From the NCBI RefSeq assembly GCF_006345805.1, contig NC_043001.1:83328001-83392000 (forward strand): 64,000 nucleotides of DNA, given 5' to 3'. How positions within the stretch are numbered: position 1 is the stretch's first letter; the number at the start of each line of letters is the position of its first letter. Of this stretch, positions 1 through 12,238 are shown piece after piece. Position numbers and translations under genes: made by a program. The notes under the pieces were generated by a model. That model was not told the DNA's origin. It saw nothing but the letters and a program-made list of their open reading frames with translations, and did no database searches. This DNA comes from Octopus sinensis (Eukaryota).

Positions 1-204
1 TTTGAACTAACTAACAATAGAGTTATACGTTACATAACGATAGAAATAATTAATAACTGGCGAAGTTCCTAACCTGACAGACAGCTGATTCTTCAACAAG
101 GTTTATACTTACATAACGTAATCAAAGGCTTTGCTGATTGATGACACAGGACAACACCCCACCTTTTCATACATACATACATACATACATATATACATGC
201 ATTG

Positions 205-239
<35 letters not shown>

Positions 240-784
240 TGTCTTTTTATAGCGAACACTTCAAAGGCAAGAGATCTGACTGACTGACCATTCACACAGA
301 GAAAGGAATGATGGTCAAGATGTATCATTAATTTGTGTCGAATCTACTTTTGTGTATCGGTCAAGACAGTGGCGGTAGTGGTAGTGGTGGCAGTTATAAT
401 GTGGAACTGTTGGTGTTGGTTGTAGTGACGGTAGAAATAGTCAGAATAAAGGTGGCGATAATATTTTGCAATAATAACGGTGGTGGTGGTGGAGTTGGTG
501 GTAATGGTAATGGTGGTGGTGAAAATGATGATTATTGATTGTGACAGGGTGACTGTGGCACAGTGAATGGTATGACCGGCAGGGTTGTTCGTTCTATGGA
601 GCGCTACCAGAGAAAGGCGGCAGTGGTTGTGGCGGTGATGATACGATTGAAGCAGGACTGTAGCGTAAATATTCTATCTCTCCACGCTTCCCCCGCAACC
701 CCAGGCCCAATATAGGATATGTAAAGGTGTCTTGAATTCAGCCCCGAACTGCATTTATCAAACTACGAACTAATTATCTTTTCC

Positions 785-1985
785 TTTCTAATTTTAACTC
801 AAGGTCGGCAATTTTGAGGGGACGGGAAGTCGATTATATCGATTCTCGTGCTGCACTGGTATTCGTTTCATCGTCTCCTGAATGCCGAAAGGCTGAGTTG
901 ACCGTGGCGGTATTTGAACTCAGAAAGGCGGTGAGCTGGCAGAGACGTTAGCACGCCGGGCGAAATGCTTAGCGGTATTTCGCCTGCCGTTACGTTCTGA
1001 GTTCAAATTCCGCCGAGGTCGACTTTGCCTTTCATCCTTTCGGGGTCGATTAATTAAGTACCTGTTACGCACTGGGGTCGATACAATCGACTTAATCCCT
1101 TTGTATGTCCTTGTTTGTCCTCTCTGTGTTTAGCCCCTTGTGGGTAGTAAAGAAATAGGTATTTGAACTCAGAACGCAAAACCAAACGAACTGTCGCTAA
1201 ACATTTTGCTCGACACTCTACTATCGCTTCCGGGTTTTGGTACTGGGCCGGCGACAATGACGACCCTAATGCTTCACTGTTAATTTATTTTATCGACTAC
1301 AAAAGGATTCAAGGTAATGTCGACCTCGGTGGAATTTGGATTCAGAATGTAATGAGCCGGAAAAAATGTTACTGAGCACTTTGATCAGCATGCTAACAAT
1401 TCCGCTAGTTCGATACATTAAGATATAATAATAGTCCTTCCTACAATAGGCACAATGCCTGAAATGTTGGTGCTGGGGTCTAGTCTCTTATATTGGTCCC
1501 CAGTGTTCAGCTGATACTTATTTTATCGACGTCGAAAGGATGAAAGGCAACGTCACCCTCTGCAGTATTTGAACACAGATCTTAAAACCGGGAGAAATGC
1601 TGCTAAGCATTTTGTCCCGCACGCTAACGATTCTTTTCTACTCTAGGCACAAGGCCAGAAATTTGAGGGGAGGGGCCAGTCGATTAGCTCGACCCCAGTA
1701 TGCAACTGTTACTTAATTTATCGATCCCGAAAGGATGAAAGGCAAAGTCGACCTCGGTGGAAATTGAACTCAGAACGTAGCGGCAGACGAAATACCGCTA
1801 AGCATTTCGTCCGGTGTGCTAACGTTTCTGCCAGCTCACCGCCTTATCACTTATTGATAATCCTTTCTGCTGAAATTTGTGGGCAAGGGACTAGTCGATT
1901 ACTTCGACTCCAGTGTTTCACTGGTACTTAATCTATCGACCCCGAAAGGATGAACGGCAAAGTCAACCTCGGCGGTATTGGAACA
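785..1985. mobile_element. Cluster of about 6 family-A tRNA-derived SINE copies (five minus, one plus nested at 926-1160)
   Basis: Repeated TCGACCCCGAAAGGATGAAAGGCAAAGTCGACCTCGG..TTTGAACTCAGAAC blocks. The plus copy has the 17-bp TSD GGTATTTGAACTCAGAA (909-925 / 1158-1174). Confidence 0.9.
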
Positions 1986-2621
1986 CGCCGCCTTCTCACT
2001 TAATAATATCAGCAATTTATCAACTGCTGTGAGGTATACATTACCGTGGTTTCTATTTACGACTAAGTGATGTGATGCATATGGTGGCGTCGGTAACGAG
2101 TGCAACAGACAGTCCAGTAAAAACAAAGCTATGGAAGATTACCCGACCAGTTACCTATGAGCTGTACTGCGTTATTCTGATATGTAAGACAGCTCCCAAT
2201 GATCACTCGTTTTGTGTAGTTCAGTGATATGTAAGAGGAAAAACTTCAAAATTTACGAGTGTTTCGTTTTAGCTAGTACTGATGAACTTTAGCATTCTTA
2301 TTGGGAGATAAGGAGAAACCTAACAAATGTTCGTGTGTCTTTGCGTTGGTTTCAAATTTTGCCACAAAGATCAGCTTCTGTAAGCGTGTAAATTGACCTG
2401 AGAAAGTTGTATATACATATATTAAGGAAGAAATCAAATGAGAGGAGAGAAAGGCTTGACAAAATCAACATCGTCGTCAACAAACATTACTTGTCAATGC
2501 CATCGACTCATCTATGCAAGAATTGGTTTACATGGCCTAACCCTAACCCTAACTTTGTCATTAATGCCATCACCATAAAGGAAGCGTTTGTTTGTTCCTT
2601 CTCGAGCCACGATTGGCTCAT

Positions 2622-2893
2622 AAGGGCTGGTTTCCCGGTTTCCTTGGCGTATAGGATCCCCACCAGTACGGGACGCTGATCCGTCGCAGGTGAGCTGCAA
2701 GATGCAGGAGGAAAGAGTGAGAGAAAGTTGTGGCGAAATGGGTCAGCAGAAGTTCGCCATTACCTTCTGCCGGAGCCGCGTGGAGCTTAGGTGTTTCGCT
2801 CATAAACACACACACATCGCCCGGTCTGAGATTCGAACCCGCGATCCCTCGACCGCGAGGCAGCTGCTCTAACCACTAGGTCTTGTGCCTCCA
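2622..2893 (-). mobile_element. Family-C tRNA-derived SINE with a Nin/Deu-like central domain
   Basis: Minus strand TGGAGGCACAAGACCTAGTGGTTAG A-box, GGGTTCGAATCTC B-box, then CCTGCGACGGATCAGCGTCCCGT...GGAAACCGGGAAACC. Related relics at about 45350-45490 and 49025-49175. Domain name from recall. Confidence 0.75.
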
Positions 2894-5072
2894 CAAAGGA
2901 AGCGTTTCAGTAAAGTAAGGTTGGAGCAATCACGAGTATAACCAGCCGAAATTGCAAATTTAATCTGGAACTAGTCTGAGGAAAGAAAACTTCGAATGGC
3001 CCCTCCTTATTTTTTTTTTTTTTTGGCGGGGGTCCCTTTTTTTTGTATCATTGAGCTGTCTGGATGTTTTGCGTTCTTGTCCCATTTTCGCGATGTTTCG
3101 TATCTAGATGTTCTTATTTAATTCATTGAGTTAAACACAAATCTTGAAATTAAATGGCTTTGATTTACTATCAAGTGACTTTTTGCCAACCCTCTATGTG
3201 TGTGTGTGTGTGTGTATATATATGGCTGACCACACTTACCACACAGCCATGCTTGGCAAAGTCAGTAAAAATATGCATGCATCGGTATAAATTCAGTGAA
3301 TGTTTCTACGAACCTTTGTCTGTGTTATTTCAAAAGAGACAAGACAATATCATATTATATAAAACTTAGAATGTATCTACCTACTTCTATCTTATTTCTA
3401 GAAGTTTCTTCCACAACAGCTGTCAACAGAATTGTCCGAAGTTATTAACCGTAAAACGAGGAGGAATTACGTTTTGGTTCTTTGTTAAGAAAAGCAACAA
3501 TAAGAAAAAGAAAAGATATTTTCATATAAATGGTCTGACAGTTGCGAATAATTACTATTTCCGTGGTCTGTGTCAGATATATGTCACATATCTTACGCTC
3601 TGTGTGTGTGTGTGATTGTATATGTGGATGTTTTATGAAAATGATGTGTGTTTTTGTGGTAGGTGTGTGGGTGTACGCAACTATGCATACATGTGAGTGT
3701 ATAATTTACATGCATGCATATGTATATGTATGTGTATGTATATATATATATATATAAATATATATAGAGCATTCTGCGCGAATACATACACATAGCATTA
3801 ATCCCATCATGGCTGCAGTCCAATGACTGTAATATATGAGAGAGAGAGAGAGAGCTTGATGTGTTGACAGATAGCATGCCCCTCCTGAAATTTCCAGTGA
3901 ACAGAACATATAAGTTGGCTTAGGAGATTATTAGGAAGCGTATGGATAGTTAAACAGAATTAGACACACAAGAGAAAAATAGAAAAAGCGAGACATCGTA
4001 CTTTCGTCTGGCGTCAATGAAGAAAAATAGATACATCATTTAAATTTGTCTAAAATATGCACACCTTAAGTGCGAAGTAATACAAGTAAGTGTGCTTTAA
4101 AGCAGCCATATTTGATTTTGTGGCAAGCAGACGGACAGAGGTACATCCTTTGCTCCTGTTATAATATAGATTATTTTTTTATTGCTGTTTATTACATATG
4201 TATTTATCTACTTTTTATGTACCCGATTTAGCCTAAAATTATATGTTATTAAATTTTCCTTTGGTTATCCGTTCTTTATTGATCATTTATGCAAGGTTTG
4301 TTTATATTCTAGCTATAATGTATACATTACCTTATCTTGTCTTTCATCTTTTACTTGTTTTAGTAATTGAAGTACGGCTATGCTGGGGCACCGCCTTAAA
4401 GGGTTTCGTCGAACAAATCGACTACAGTACTTGCCATTATTTTCTTTAACTCTACTTATTCTAACAGTTCTCTTCACGCACACACGCACTCCATCTCACA
4501 CACACACATATATATAGGCGTGACTATATGGTGAAAAGTTTGCTTCCCGGCCACACGCCACTGCACAACACCTTCGGCAAATGTCTTCTACTACAGCTTA
4601 GTACAAACCAAAGCCTTGTGAGTGAATTTGGTAGACAAAAACTGTAAGAAACCCGTCGTGTGTGTATGTATGCATAGATAGATAGATACATACATACATG
4701 CATACATACATACATACATACATACATACATCATACATACATACATACATACATAGATGCTAGTAATAGAAACAGCTTTTGTAACTAATATTAATTGGTA
4801 CATCTAACTTAATGTAGGTTTGTTGATTTGAACTCCGTATGATGTGGTAATCGTCTACCGATATAATCTTTGATTTGTTTAACATCTACACGAAATGATT
4901 TGCCAATGCGGTTACCGCAGTTTACGGTGTCCTAAATAACACAAGCAATGTGGATGTGCAAATCAAAATATATTAAAATATATGTAATATATTTAAATCA
5001 AAATATTCTAATCCTGAATGAGCCAGGTTTCTGTTAGAGGCCTGCAAATCTGTTTTAAAGTATATATATATA

Positions 5073-5235
5073 GGCGCAAGAGTGGCTGTGTGGTAAGAAG
5101 CTTGCTTCCCAACCACATGGGCCCAGGTTCAGTGCCACTGCGTGGTTCCTGGGCAAGTGTCTTCTGTTATAGTCTCGGGCCGACCAAAGCCTTGTGAGTG
5201 GATTTGGAAGATGGAAATTGAAAGAAGCCCGTTGT
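5073..5235 (+). mobile_element. Family-B SINE 5' half (tRNA-like head plus CORE-like segment)
   Basis: GGCTGTGTGGTAAGAAGCTTGCTTCCCAACCAC..GGTTCAGTGCCACTGCGTGG..TGGGCAAGTGTCTT. Similar halves at 4515, 16068, 22545 and 42380. Confidence 0.85.
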
Positions 5236-5360
5236 ATATATACATATGTGTGTATGTAACAGAGTAAACACATAAATGCGAAACAAGGTGGGAAATATAA
5301 GTACTCGAATACCAGAGGTAAAATAATATGCTTTATTAAAAGGCAGCAAAAACATCACAA

Positions 5361-5404
5361 AAGCTGTTACTCAGAGTTTCACGTTCCCATCCGTCAGACA
5401 GCTT
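5361..5404 (-). ncRNA. Type I hammerhead ribozyme motif (family A, minus-strand copy)
   Basis: Minus strand reads AAGCUGU-CUGACGG-AUG-GGAA-CGU-GAAA-CUC-U-GAG-UA-ACAGCUU: 7-bp stem I, stem II, palindromic stem III, GUA site. A9 is replaced by G. Confidence 0.7.
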
Positions 5405-5420
5405 CGTTTAGATACTAAAC

Positions 5421-5466
5421 AAAACTGTTAGACGAACGGGAACGGGAAACTCTGAGTAACAGTTTT
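5421..5466 (+). ncRNA. Type I hammerhead motif (family A, plus-strand copy, core mutated)
   Basis: AAAACUGU-UAGACGA-ACG-GGAA-CGG-GAAA-CUC-U-GAG-UA-ACAGUUUU. Stem I shows a compensatory G-C to A-U change relative to the minus-strand copy. Confidence 0.6.
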
Positions 5467-5759
5467 TGTGTTATTTTTGCGGCCTTTTAATAAAATATAT
5501 ATATAATATATAATACATACACTCATGTGTGTGTATGTACATACATATTTGTGTGTGTGTCTGTATTTGACCTCCTTTCATCGCTTGACAACAGATGTTG
5601 GTGGATTTATGTCCCCGTATTCTAGCGGTTCGGCAAAAGGAGCCGACAGAATAGGCCCTGTGGGCGATTTGTTCGACAAAAGGCGGTGCTCTGTAATGGC
5701 CGCAGTCAGATGACTGAAACAAGTGAAAGAATAAAAGAGTATATGTGTGAGCGTATGTG

Positions 5760-6663
5760 TATTTGGTCACCCTATAAACAATACGGTTTTTTTTATACTT
5801 CTTTAATCTTTCAAAATTAAGATAAACAAAGCTCTTTTTTAATCTAAAATATGTTCTCCTTCATTTTCTACAATACTCTTCCATCTACCTGGTAGACGTG
5901 CAAGGCTCTTCCAAAATTTTTTGTCTGTAACGAAAAATACTCCTTCAATATTATTCTGACCTCGTCTACAGAATTCATATTTTTTTCGTCCAAATGATTT
6001 TGAAGACTACGGAATAAATGATAATCAGATGGCGCAGTGACCGGTGAATATGTTGGGTGGGGCATCGTTTCCCATTCAAACTACTACAATCTTTGGAATG
6101 TCATCCTCTCTAATGTGGCCGAGCATTATCCTGATGGTGGAGCACCTTTCGTCTTGAAACCAAAAATGGTTGTTTTTCTTCTAGTGCTGACTTGAATGAC
6201 CAAATCCAAGCTTTTCTGCTAGTTACTCAACAGTTATGATGGGATTTTGTTCCACCAGGGTTTGCAGGACGCTCTCTTCGAGCTCTACAAATCTTCCAGG
6301 ACGAGGCTTGTCTTCTAGGCTGTAGTTATCGGTTAAAAATTTCTAGAACCAGCGTTGACACTGGCTTACGCTTATTGTCCGATCCCCATATATTGCATTA
6401 ATAATCTTCGCACTTTCCGTTGCGTTGCTGACTTTATTGAACTCATGAAGCAAAATATGCCGAATATGCTTCTTTGTCACCTCCATTATAACTTTTTAAA
6501 AATAACTGTTAAAATCGAACTGCACTCTTCAACTAAGAATAAGCACAAGGTAAAATTACTACCTGCGTTTATAGCAAGTTGATGCAGGTAGTTTATACCG
6601 TCCCCCTCCGATGTTTAGTTCATGCATTTGAAAATAACATATTATATATGAGATGACCCAATA
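5760..6663 (-). mobile_element. Mariner transposon relic, internally deleted
   Basis: PHPTYSPVTAPSDYHLFRSLQ motif. Degenerate TIRs TATTTGGTCACCC / GATGACCCAATA. Same family as 34445-35670. Confidence 0.85.
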
Positions 6664-6664
6664 C

Positions 6665-7822
6665 ATTAGGTTGTCCGGAGTGTTCTGAGAGTTTTTTAAT
6701 AAGCAAAAAGGGAAATAAATAATTGATCTTTCAATAAATGTTATTCAATGAAATGATTTCCATTATCATTAATGACCTATGCCCATCTGTCAGGCAATTG
6801 AAATATTCCATCAGCATAAAATTTGAGTGGCTTTAAAGAAAAAAATTATCTAGATGCATTTTGACTCCATCTAAATCGTTAGATGTTTTTCCTTACAATG
6901 AGTTCTGTAGAGACAAAAACAAGAGGTAGTCGGATGGTGCAATGTCAGGAGAATATTGTGGATGAGGTAAGAGATCCCAGCCAAGGTCATGTAACCTTGT
7001 TCAGGTAGCCAAAGACACGTGTGATCAGGCATTGTCTTGATGCAACACTTACTCTTTCGCGTTGGTAATCTCCGGTCTCAATTCTTTGACTTTTTTGGTT
7101 CAAATTAGCCAACTCACGGCAGTACACATCATAATTAATGATCTCGTTTTGTAGGAGAAGCTCATAATAATATGATCGCACCAAACATAAAGCATAGCTT
7201 TTTTTGACATGGATATTCGTCTTTGGCTGCTGCTTTAGAAAATTGTTACGCAAACTCTAGGGTCTTTTTCGTACTATGTTTTCGTATACAATCCATTTTT
7301 CATCTCCAGTCACAAGCTGTTTAAAAAAAGGCATATCACAAACGGAATACCGGTCCAAGCAATTCTTTTCTGAGAGCTTGTGAAGAACTCATACATTATA
7401 GTGAGAAATGTATCCTAGTTTCATCAGGCGTTCGTGAGCCGTACTTTAAGAAACTTCCAGCTCCTTTGCAAGTTCTCTCGTCGTGAAACTCCACAGCTTT
7501 AAATTTTGCAAACCATCTTCGAACAGTTGATTCTTCTACAGCATCATCACAATAAACTTCAAGAACATTTTTGCAAGTCTTTGCAGCATTTTTAAAAAAA
7601 TTAAAAGCATTGCAACGTGAATATGAAGTTTTTGGTTATCCATTCAAAATGTCAATAAAGGGTAGCCGGAATGAAAGATAAATCTATTTTCATTCAGGAA
7701 CAAAGAAGAAATGGACTACCACTTCAAGCGACGCCAAAGTTTTAACTGTGTTACGTTTCAGGGTGTGTTCAATGAAGCGTTAAAAGATTTAGCATAAAAA
7801 CGCTCAGAACTTTCCGGAACTA
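6665..7822 (-). mobile_element. Second mariner-family relic abutting the first
   Basis: TIRs TTAGGTTGTCCGGAGTGTTCTGAGAGTTTTT / AAAAACGCTCAGAACTTTCCGGAACTA. Decayed transposase (YELLLQNEIIN..YC; GIFQLPDRW..VINDNG). Confidence 0.78.
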
Positions 7823-7851
7823 TTTTCTCTCCCTATTTATTTCTGTGTTCC

Positions 7852-7885
7852 TTTCTGTCGAAGAGCATAGGCTTGAAACGTAAAA
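7852..7885 (+). ncRNA. Hammerhead-like motif (family D, A6U variant)
   Basis: UUU-CUGUCGA-A-GAGC-AUAG-GCUU-GAAA-CG-UA-AAA. Confidence 0.45.
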
Positions 7886-8069
7886 TACTTTCTCACTTCC
7901 CGAGCGTTAAACTAATACATCCGTTTGTTATTTGCACACCCGTTCGGCAAAAGAGACCGCTACAATAAGTATTAGGCTTCCAAAGAATAAGTCCTGAGGT
8001 CGATTTGCCTAGACTAAAGGCGGTGCTCCAGCATGGCGCAGTCAAATAACCGAAACAAGTAAAAGAGAA

Positions 8070-8115
<46 letters not shown>

Positions 8116-8117
8116 TA

Positions 8118-8201
8118 CAGTACTGTTTCTACTTCGCGGATTTTTACCTTTCGCGGTAGGTTTTGGAACGTAACACCCGCGATAGTAGAGGAATCACTAT
8201 A
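8118..8201. mobile_element. Tiny Tigger-like MITE relic
   Basis: CAGTACTGTTTCTACTTCGCGG ... CCGCGATAGTAGAGGAATCACTA imperfect TIR. Confidence 0.5.
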
Positions 8202-8615
8202 TAGCCAAATTAAGTTATTACGTATTATTTTATATAATTTTGAGATTGTATTTAAACTCATTTCATTGTGTGCATCTGCATAATATATTACCACATTTTT
8301 TTTTTACTAAATTAGTCGATGTGGGGAATAATTTAATAGACATCGCATTTTGAGTATTTTCAAATATCTTAATAGCCATTTTAAGGCAACTCTCTTCCTT
8401 CTGTGTTAATAATTCAAATTCTCCCTCTCATTTTTTTCTTCGTGTATTTCTTTCTTCCTTAGATATTGTTCTTCCACCTTTCGATTTTTTTCTCCTCCCT
8501 ATTTCTCTTTGTCCTTCCTTACACTTCTTCCGTGTGATCTTGTTTCCCTTGTGGCTTAATGTCATCCTTTATCCTCTTATATTTCTCTACTTTTTTTCTG
8601 TTTCCCTCGTCTCAA

Positions 8616-8650
<35 letters not shown>

Positions 8651-9169
8651 TCCCTCATAATCTCGATTCTCTTGGTAACACGCATTTTTTCTTCTTTTGT
8701 CTTCTCTTTTCCCTCATTTTCTTTTCTCTTTTTTGATTTCTTATTTAATATTTTAATTTCATTTTCTTTTCTTTTTTGTTTTTCAATTAGAATTTCATTC
8801 TGTCACTCATCTAATGAAAAATATATAAAGCTTTCATTTTATTAGAGTCGATAATTTCTTCCGAAAAACAGTAACTCGAAGCACATAGGCACAATTGTAA
8901 GGAAAGAACGCTTATAAAATCCCATACACACTACAATGTAAAAGTAAAAGCTATCTATCAATTCCCTTTAATACTCCGTAAAGGCTAATAAAAGCTTATA
9001 CTATATTTAAATATTTTATACACATTAGGCAATTTAAGGTGCACTCTTGACAAATGTCTGATTCAAAATTCATTGTGTTGGCAATTACCAATATGGCCGC
9101 CTTTAGCTGATAAAAGTTTGAATTCTGTTTAAAATGCTTCGCTGTGATTTGGCAATATAATGAGGCACT

Positions 9170-9565
9170 TTTTTATCTTCGGTCTTTTGTTTCTTTCTGT
9201 CATTACACTTCGGCCATGCTGGAGCGCCGCCTTGAAGGGTTTTTACTAGAACGAACAGCCCCCCCCCAGTACTTGTGTTTTTATTTATTTTTTTAAGGTC
9301 TAGTACTTATGCTATCGGTCTCTTTTGCCGAACCGCTAAGTTACGGGGGACGTAAACAAACCAACATTGGTTGTCAATCTGTGGTGGTATACACAGACAA
9401 AAGGACACAAGCGCACACATACATATACGACGGGCTTCTCTCTCTTCATTTACCAAATTCACTCGCAAGTGATTGGTCGGCTCGAAGCTCTAATGGAAGA
9501 CATTTGCCCAGGACGTCATGCACCCAGAACCATATAGTTGAAAAGTAAACTTCTACACAGCTACA
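9170..9565 (-). mobile_element. Family-B SINE, near full length
   Basis: Head, internal CA/TA microsatellite and the LINE-like CAGCATGGCC tail. Confidence 0.8.
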
Positions 9566-9825
9566 CATAACGAATTTTTGGTTGCCATTCTTTGATCTAC
9601 ACAGGTCCACAAATATTCGTTAATGTTCATATATGTGGTTTGAGAGAGAAAGAGAGAAAGAAAGAGCCAAATCATCAGTTCTTTCAATCTTTCCAGGTCG
9701 TCCTTTTCTTTCCAAATGATATGATTTTCATAGTTGTATGCTTAAGGTCGCTATCATGTTGAATGAAAAACAAAGGTGTTCTTAAATAAAACGCCTTCCA
9801 TAAAACATTTTGTTAAAATTTATGA

Positions 9826-10185
9826 GGAATGCGTGGCTGTGTAGCAATAAGCTTTGCTTCCCAGCCACACGGTACCGAGTTGAATCCCACGGCACGGTAT
9901 CTTGGGCAAGTATCTTCTACTATAGCCTCGGACCTACCAAAGCCGGTGAGCGTATTTGGTAGACGGAAACTGAAAGAAGCCGCGCGCGCGCGTGTGTTTT
10001 TGTTTGTCCTACAACCACTTGACTACCGGTGTTTGTGTGTTTACGTCCCTGTAACTTAGCTGTTCTGTAATTGAGACCGATAAAATAAGTACCAGGCTTT
10101 GAAAAAATAAGTCTAAAAAATTCAAAGCAGTGCCCCAACATGGTCGCAGTCTAATGACTGAAACAAGTACAAGAATAACAGAATA
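9826..10185 (+). mobile_element. Family-B SINE, full length
   Basis: Head at 9826, tail GTGCCCCAACATGGTCGCAGTCTAATGACTGAAACAAG. Confidence 0.88.
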
Positions 10186-10506
10186 CTTCTGCAAATTATT
10201 TTAACATTTTTTTTTTTAATATTGTACAGTTCCTAATAATATTTAATTATTAAAGGATAATAAGGGTTTTTAAAGATTGAATGAATATGAGGGTCCAGTA
10301 GAGTAAAAGAGAAGCCAAAATGTTCCACAGGTTAAAAAAGGGGAGGGTAGTGTTTGAGAACTACTGCTTTAAACACTTAACTTCGGTTCCAGTTTGTGGA
10401 AGTCTCTCACTTTTATTTTCAATTCTTTTAGTTTCAACCATTTCCTTGTTGGTTTCTTGGATGACGCTTTTCAAGACTTCAAATTTTCTTGATATTCATT
10501 TTCAGA

Positions 10507-10720
10507 CAAGGCGGCAAGCTGGCAGAAACGTTAGTACGCCGGGCTAAATACTTAGCGGTATTTCGACTGCCGTTACGTTCTGAGTTCAAATTCCACCGAG
10601 GTCGACTTTGCCTTTCATCCTTTCATCCTAAATTAAGTACCAGTTGTGTACTGAGGTCGATCTAATCAACTGGGCTCCTCTCCCCAAAAATTTCTGGCCT
10701 TGTGCCTAGAGTAGAAAAGG
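10507..10720 (+). mobile_element. Family-A SINE
   Basis: AAGGCGGCAAGCTGGCAGAAACGTTAG head, GTTCTGAGTTCAAATTCC B-box, GTCGACTTTGCCTTTCATCC central domain. Confidence 0.9.
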
Positions 10721-11142
10721 ATATTTATATTCAAGTACCCCATGGTCATGCTAAAAATATTACCTTATACTCGAGTACAATCGAAATTTTATACATCTTT
10801 ACGCATTAACATTTCAATCTTCCTTTAATAAGTATTGCACCCACGCTAAAAAAAAAAAACGAGATTACGTTAGCTTTAAATCAGGTAATAAAGGCACCGC
10901 AATTTTTTTTGTTCATTGGACTATGGCTGTGCTGGAGCAAATCAAAGAATGGAGCCCCTCAGACATCCGGTGCCCTTTTTGACTCCCTCCCACAACTCCA
11001 ATCCTGTAAACTAGTTAACCAAAGAGAAGGCTACTCCAATGCAAAACCTACATTTTGATGGGTACAACAAAAACAGCTACTATTGATGCTACTACTATAT
11101 TATTGTTGACTTACTAAGTACCAGTAATATACAAAGCTTGTT

Positions 11143-11375
11143 AAGGCGGCGAGCTGGCAGAATTGTTAGCACGCCGGGCAAAATACTTAGCGGTATTTTG
11201 TCTACCGTTACGTTCTGAGTTCAAATTCCGCCGGAGTCGAATTTGACTTTCATCCTTTCGGAGTCGATTAAATAAGTACCAGTTACGCACTGAGTTCGAT
11301 GTAATCCACTTAACCCCTTTTCTGCCCTTGTTTGTCCCTTCTATGTTTAGCCCCCTGGGGGCAATAAAAAAATAA
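11143..11375 (+). mobile_element. Family-A SINE with 17-bp TSD
   Basis: TSD AATATACAAAGCTTGTT (11126) / AATATACAATGCTTATT (11375). Confidence 0.9.
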
Positions 11376-11671
11376 ATATACAATGCTTATTATTTGCACA
11401 CCCACACATGCGCGCGCAAGCACACACACACACACTCTTCGTAGGCAGTCAGTAATCCGTTATATGCCGAATGAAAACAATATTATTAAAGCTTGACTAC
11501 TTAAGCACATATTAAATATTTACCCTGTACTACCACCACCCATTTTAAAACTCGTTATCATTACCTTAACATACACATACATTTTCAGCGCTAACTGCTC
11601 TATAATACCTTAACGTGGACACACACACTTTCAGTGTTAACTGCTTTAACATTGAAACAAAACTGGAATGT

Positions 11672-12205
11672 AAGATGGCGACGGCTATCATTTAAAGCCA
11701 TTTTATTTCTCATTAATGAGAAAGCGAAATATTAATTAACCGGAAGTAAAACTCATTTATCCAGAAATCTCTCATCTGTTATACGAAGTAACATATTTCT
11801 TCAGTAATGTCGCACTACAAAATATAGAAATATTTCTTTTCTTTTTTCATTGTATTTATTACTTTTTTCTCATTTATTTTTCTTTTCTTTTCAGTTAAAT
11901 TCTTCTTCACCACGGAGCCTGGCATGACGTAAAAAATAAAAACACAACGGAAATATTTTTCAACCAATGAAATAATGACTCAGTAGTCACCACCTGATTT
12001 TTAACCAACACCAACATCACAACGCTGTTTTCACTATTACTTTGGCTACACTGCTACAATTACTGCCGCCACCATCATCACTATTATTATTATTATTATT
12101 ATTATTATTATCGCTCCTACTCTAAAAAACCACCGCTGGTAGATTTCCATTACGACATCTTCCCGCTTTCTCTCAATCTCCCTTTCTTTCAATTTTATTA
12201 CGTCA
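11672..12205 (+). promoter_or_regulatory. Putative promoter region of the 12239 ORF
   Basis: Motif cluster in unique sequence: YY1-like AAGATGGCG 11672, ETS CCGGAAGT 11740, CRE-like TGACGTAA 11925, CCAAT 11964, AP-1 TGACTCA 11976, reverse CRE-like TTACGTCA 12198. Motif matches only. Confidence 0.4.
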
Positions 12206-12238
12206 CGCTAACCGACTTTCGGTCATACGCCTTCAAAG

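Noticed and set aside
2536-2553. (CCCTAA)3 telomere-like repeat
   Set aside because: Only about 3 units, within a repeat relic; not evidence of an interstitial telomere.
2810-2893. tRNA genes at A/B-box matches
   Set aside because: These are SINE heads that continue into SINE bodies and lack a complete cloverleaf.
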